58,233 nucleotides of DNA from a virus (Duplodnaviria; Caudoviricetes). This document shows positions 54,815 through 58,233 of the stretch, piece by piece. Position 1 is the stretch's first letter. Each line of letters starts with the position of its first letter. Where the stretch lies: IMG/VR virus record IMGVR_UViG_3300024518_003391, positions 1 to 58,233 of that record. One strand, given 5' to 3'. The notes beneath the pieces were generated by a model. That model saw only the letters and a program-made list of their open reading frames with translations. It ran no database searches and was not told the DNA's origin. Position numbers and translations under genes: made by a program.

Positions 54815-55268
54815 GTTCGTTGCCGATGCCTATCAGATCTTTGAGCGCTTCCCTGTTGGTATTGTATCCCATCATCGCCTGGCGATATGTGCTTGCATCC
54901 GGCCGATCGTCTTTGCTGATTCCAATCATTATCTTGCGGGCGACCTGCTGTGATAGCTTCATGATGGTGAAATCATGCTCGATGAATCGTTGGATGTCGG
55001 CATTGCGTGCAAGTATGAATTCCCGGAGCGCATCTTTGCTTCTGGAGATGTCCCAATCACGGGCGCGTTCTTTCCAGTTATTATCATCCGCCCACCTATT
55101 CCAATTACCCGGCTGATGTTTGTTCTCATAGCCCGGTTCATAGCCCCGTTCCTCGCAATGTTTATGGTATGCGCGCCGACGGGTCCGGCTATCGCTCGGA
55201 AGGTCCCTATACCGGCAAAATGCGCGATATGCCGCGTCGGTTTCTCCTTTAATCCGTTCCCCTGCCAC
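54771..55268 (-). CDS. terS: Terminase small subunit
   Basis: GETDAAYRAFCRYRDL...W...NWKERARDWD; position upstream of terL. Confidence 0.75.
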   Translation of the reverse strand: MAGERIKGETDAAYRAFCRYRDLPSDSRTRRRAYHKHCEERGYEPGYENKHQPGNWNRWADDNNWKERARDWDISRSKDALREFILARNADIQRFIEHDFTIMKLSQQVARKIMIGISKDDRPDASTYRQAMMGYNTNREALKDLIGIGNEHANQTARRAESDSD

Positions 55269-55279
55269 ATCCTCAACTC

Positions 55280-55594
55280 CTACCCGAGCGTGTAGACCCT
55301 TACCGCTTCCTTGAAGGTGTTCCCCTCACCCGTATACACGCAATCAGCCCGATAAAAATGCTTGGCAACTAATGTCTGGAGGAGCGCCATTGTGACGACG
55401 GTACCGGACGCCGTCGCGTCCGCCGCAGGCATCACTTCGGTTGTCACGACTCTATCATCATCGGATTCGTCATATACGATCGGCGTCGCCGGCACCGGTG
55501 CAGAAGTGTTGGCAGCGGTATCGAACGCCCACGAAATCTTCTCACCGACTCGCTGCTCCTGTACGCCTTGTATAACTTGCCTGACGTCTGCCAT
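55280..55594 (-). CDS. Small Ig-like virion/fibre adaptor protein
   Basis: Beta-sandwich-like pattern; lies in the pre-terminase virion module. Confidence 0.5.
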   Translation of the reverse strand: MADVRQVIQGVQEQRVGEKISWAFDTAANTSAPVPATPIVYDESDDDRVVTTEVMPAADATASGTVVTMALLQTLVAKHFYRADCVYTGEGNTFKEAVRVYTLG

Positions 55595-55595
55595 A

Positions 55596-55775
55596 TCAGA
55601 GTTCCTTGCTTGTTAGCGACGTATCCACTTCTTCACTCGTCAATGTCGTATCCACTTCAGCGCTTGTTAGTGACGTATCCACTTCAGCGCTTGTCAACAC
55701 TTTCGCGGCGGCATCGGTTGGGGTTGTCGTTCCCCACGGCCCTACCCAACCAAGCGTCAATCCAATAAGATCCAT
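55596..55775 (-). CDS. 59-aa protein with LTS(A/E)EVDT(S/T) repeats, not in the ORF track
   Basis: TAATG coupling; MDLIGLTLGWVGPWGTTTPTDAAAKVLTSAEVDTSLTSAEVDTTLTSEEVDTSLTSKEL. Confidence 0.65.
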   Translation of the reverse strand: MDLIGLTLGWVGPWGTTTPTDAAAKVLTSAEVDTSLTSAEVDTTLTSEEVDTSLTSKEL

Positions 55776-57214
55776 TAGACGGTATTAACCTCTGTAATCG
55801 GGTCTGCGTCCGCATCACTGGTAACGACCTGCGTGCCGAAGGCTGTCGCGTCGTCTTCCTGGTAAACTGTGAGCGTTGACGACGGGGCCGCTACACGGTT
55901 GACCAGTTTGGAGGCCGCTCCCAACGGCGACCGGAAAATAACCGCGTCCCCGTCCGAACTTGCCCGGGAATTGGCTAGTGTACGCCTCCATATGTGGTCT
56001 GCGATCTTGTTCGCCGCCGCCGCCGCAATCGCCCCGGCGTCAATCGCACCGTCCGCAATCTCCGACGCGCCTATCGCATCGGCGGCTATTGTGGCCGCCG
56101 TTATGGCGTCTGTAGCAATGGCCGTAGCGGTTAAGACGTTCGCCGCCATTGCCCCGACGCTTGAATCCATACGCCCGCCGACTAATGCGGCGGGGAGAAG
56201 CGCCGGGATAGTTGTGCCGGTGCCAAGGAGAATGGCGTCAATATCCGCCGGCAGATTGGCCGCGTCCAGTTCAGCAAGCCTTGCCTCTGTCGCTACGCTC
56301 GCTAAAGCCAAGTCGTCCCGCAATGCCTGAAGTGAGTCGGTCGTATTAACGAAGTCGTCCCAATCGGCGGTCGCCGACTTGCTGGCAAGTTTCGCGACGA
56401 TTGAATTATCGGTAACGTCAGCGCCTACAACGGCGGCGGATACCAGGTGGTCGAGGCCGATAGCCGCGAGCCGTGCGTCAATATCAGCCGTTCCCAAGTC
56501 GTTCAGCGCCGCGATAAGCCCCGGGACATCATCGCTCTGAAGCTCATTGGTGTCGGCAAGAATCGCATCAATAATGAGGTCAAGCCGCCCAGCGTCCACC
56601 CAGTCCGTCTGTAGCTCATTTGAGTCGTCGTACACGCTTCGTAAGACTTCAGCCAAACTAACGCCGTTACCGGGCGCGGCCGCCCCCGGATAGGTGACAA
56701 CGCCCGCCGTGCCGACCAGCACATTTATGAGCTGTTTTACGTACTGCATCACCGTGTCGGCAGCCGTAGGATCGCCGTCAGCGGCTCCGTCGGCGAGCGC
56801 CCCGAGAACTGCCGCCGTCGCCGCGTTGTCGGTGCCGCGCATCGCCGTATTCATGTCGAGATCAGTCAACTGAATCTCGATCGGAAGCGGCGCCATGTTC
56901 GTTGCGCCTTCCAAATGCACGCCTACGGAGTCAACGCCTGTTGCCAGAATCGCATCGCTCAGATCCAGGCGATACCAACCCGGCATGTTCGTAGCGTCAA
57001 TTTCGACGAACCCGCCGTCTGAATGGGCGCCCGTCACTGTTTGCGTGGCGAGTGTCAGCGCCGCCGCCACAGCCAATGGGCGGGCGTAGTACGAGGCCAG
57101 CCCCGCCGAATTCCAGACGAGACCCGTTAACCCCGCGCCGGTCGTTGAACTGCTGTCAGCAATCCATATCTCGATAGTAACGTCCGTGGATGCCTTGGCC
57201 AGCTGTAGCTTCAT
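55775..57214 (-). CDS. Virion fibre-like protein
   Basis: 479 aa, Ala/Asp-rich; GFVEIDATNMPGWY; AIATDAITAATIAADAIGASEIADGAI repeats. Confidence 0.7.
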   Translation of the reverse strand: MKLQLAKASTDVTIEIWIADSSSTTGAGLTGLVWNSAGLASYYARPLAVAAALTLATQTVTGAHSDGGFVEIDATNMPGWYRLDLSDAILATGVDSVGVHLEGATNMAPLPIEIQLTDLDMNTAMRGTDNAATAAVLGALADGAADGDPTAADTVMQYVKQLINVLVGTAGVVTYPGAAAPGNGVSLAEVLRSVYDDSNELQTDWVDAGRLDLIIDAILADTNELQSDDVPGLIAALNDLGTADIDARLAAIGLDHLVSAAVVGADVTDNSIVAKLASKSATADWDDFVNTTDSLQALRDDLALASVATEARLAELDAANLPADIDAILLGTGTTIPALLPAALVGGRMDSSVGAMAANVLTATAIATDAITAATIAADAIGASEIADGAIDAGAIAAAAANKIADHIWRRTLANSRASSDGDAVIFRSPLGAASKLVNRVAAPSSTLTVYQEDDATAFGTQVVTSDADADPITEVNTV

Positions 57215-57264
57215 CTATTATCCCAACGGATTCCACATCTGTTGACCGTGACCAATCAACCCCG

Positions 57265-57471
57265 TTATAGTTCAACAAACCCGCCGCCCGAGCGAGCGTC
57301 GGCCAATGTCCGCGTTATAAGCGTTTGCATCGCAGCCCGCCGCCGACGGGCGCATCCGGTAGCGGTCGAGGCCGCCGAATTGAGCGCGATACCAGCCAAG
57401 GGCGCGCCGCTACTGTCAGTAATACATAACTCGATAGTGATGTCTGTAGATGCTTTAGGGAATATCTTCAT
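57265..57471 (-). pseudogene. Degenerate duplicate of the N-terminus of 55775..57214
   Basis: MKIFPKASTDITIELCITDSS..GGFVEL* versus MKLQLAKASTDVTIEIWIADSS..GGFVEID. Confidence 0.75.
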
Positions 57472-57474
57472 AGA

Positions 57475-58233
57475 TTACCCCAACGGGTTCCACATCTGTT
57501 GACCGTGGCCGGTAAGCCCTGATAGGTCGCCGTAGCGAGCAATACGACCGCCTACCACAGCCGGCGCCTTCCATACGGGCGGCTGTGGCTCAAACTCAAG
57601 GAACTGCGCATCAAACAGCGACGCAACCACCGCATCGGGCGCGGGATAGCCATACATTCGTATATCGTCCATCTCGCCGTCATAATAGTTGCTCGCGACG
57701 CCGGCCTTTTTCGCAAACGTTAGGACATGCGTTGACGCGTTCGGTACCGCGTGTGTCCCCGACCCGTCCAACACGCCGTCTATGAAGATATTGACCGTGC
57801 CGGCGTCGTTGCGAACAACCACATGCGCCCATGTATCTACCACGAGGGAGTTGTTGGATGACGTGATCCCGGTCGAGTCATTATGGCGTACCTGGATGTT
57901 GCTGTTCAACCCAATCTCAATCGTGTATCCGTCATCCGTGCCGCCGCCCTTATCAATAATGCGGTCATCTTCACCGAATGAAGCCGGCTTTATCCAGAAC
58001 GAGATAAGGTAGCCGCCCGTCAGGTCAAGCCTATCATTGTCGGCGACGGCGGTAGAATCGTTCCCGCCATCGTAACTCAAGGCACCGCCGACCCGGCCGA
58101 CGCTCCACGCCGCACCGTCAATCGCGCCGTTTTGGCCGTAACCGCCAATATCGAAAAGGTTCGGGCCGCCGCCGGCCAGGTGCATCCAGTGACCGATAAC
58201 TCCCCCATAACGCCGGTGTTGGCGGTACGGAAT
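57475..58233 (-). CDS. LamG/concanavalin-A-like lectin domain virion protein (start at 180 across the junction)
   Basis: GGALSYDG, ISFWIKP, WAHVVV, IFIDG, YDGEMDDIRMY. Confidence 0.9.
   Translation of the reverse strand: MPYRQHRRYGGVIGHWMHLAGGGPNLFDIGGYGQNGAIDGAAWSVGRVGGALSYDGGNDSTAVADNDRLDLTGGYLISFWIKPASFGEDDRIIDKGGGTDDGYTIEIGLNSNIQVRHNDSTGITSSNNSLVVDTWAHVVVRNDAGTVNIFIDGVLDGSGTHAVPNASTHVLTFAKKAGVASNYYDGEMDDIRMYGYPAPDAVVASLFDAQFLEFEPQPPVWKAPAVVGGRIARYGDLSGLTGHGQQMWNPLG
58099..58233. repeat. Terminal direct repeat / circular overlap (copy 2)
   Basis: Matches 1-135 with one mismatch. Confidence 0.95.

Noticed and set aside
57000-57510. Diversity-generating retroelement TR/VR pair
   Set aside because: No reverse transcriptase was recognised, the differences are not adenine-specific, and they include indels
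23573-58012. Numerous plus-strand ORFs in the late region
   Set aside because: They are antisense shadows of coupled minus-strand genes and lack RBSs or motifs
1-58233. Genome-wide TGA reassignment (genetic code 4 or 25)
   Set aside because: Many genes end in TGA with ATGA/TGATG coupling and long genes are not fragmented; only one suspicious internal TGA was seen

Overview
This window appears to be a complete, circularly assembled genome of a tailed (siphovirus-like) bacteriophage of about 58.1 kb: bases 1-135 recur at 58099-58233 with one mismatch. A long minus-strand late region runs from 988 across the junction down to about 22840. It carries pre-terminase virion genes (including a LamG protein), terS, a ParB-DNA methylase, terL, a histidine phosphatase, portal, gpF-like protein, scaffold, major capsid, a three-domain glycosyltransferase-methyltransferase-glycosyltransferase, head-tail joining proteins, a large tailspike, tail tube, frameshifting chaperones, tape measure and tail-tip genes. 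A minus-strand replication/modification region (13181 to about 1120) holds Prim-Pol/helicase with an iteron origin, a DpdA/TGT-like protein, a C5 methylase, dCMP deaminase, an XRE regulator and pentapeptide proteins. A plus-strand early region (13349-22813) of small hypothetical genes is driven by consensus sigma70 promoters. No integrase, DNA polymerase of family A or B, tRNA, CRISPR or endolysin was recognised. The strongest leads are an in-frame UGA at a probable Cys-Cys motif (possible phage selenoprotein), a capsid-linked GT-MTase-GT fusion, a TIR-less pentapeptide protein, an orphan DpdA, and a promoter/terminator layout beside a small basic peptide that suggests antitermination. All family assignments come from recalled motifs, not from database searches.
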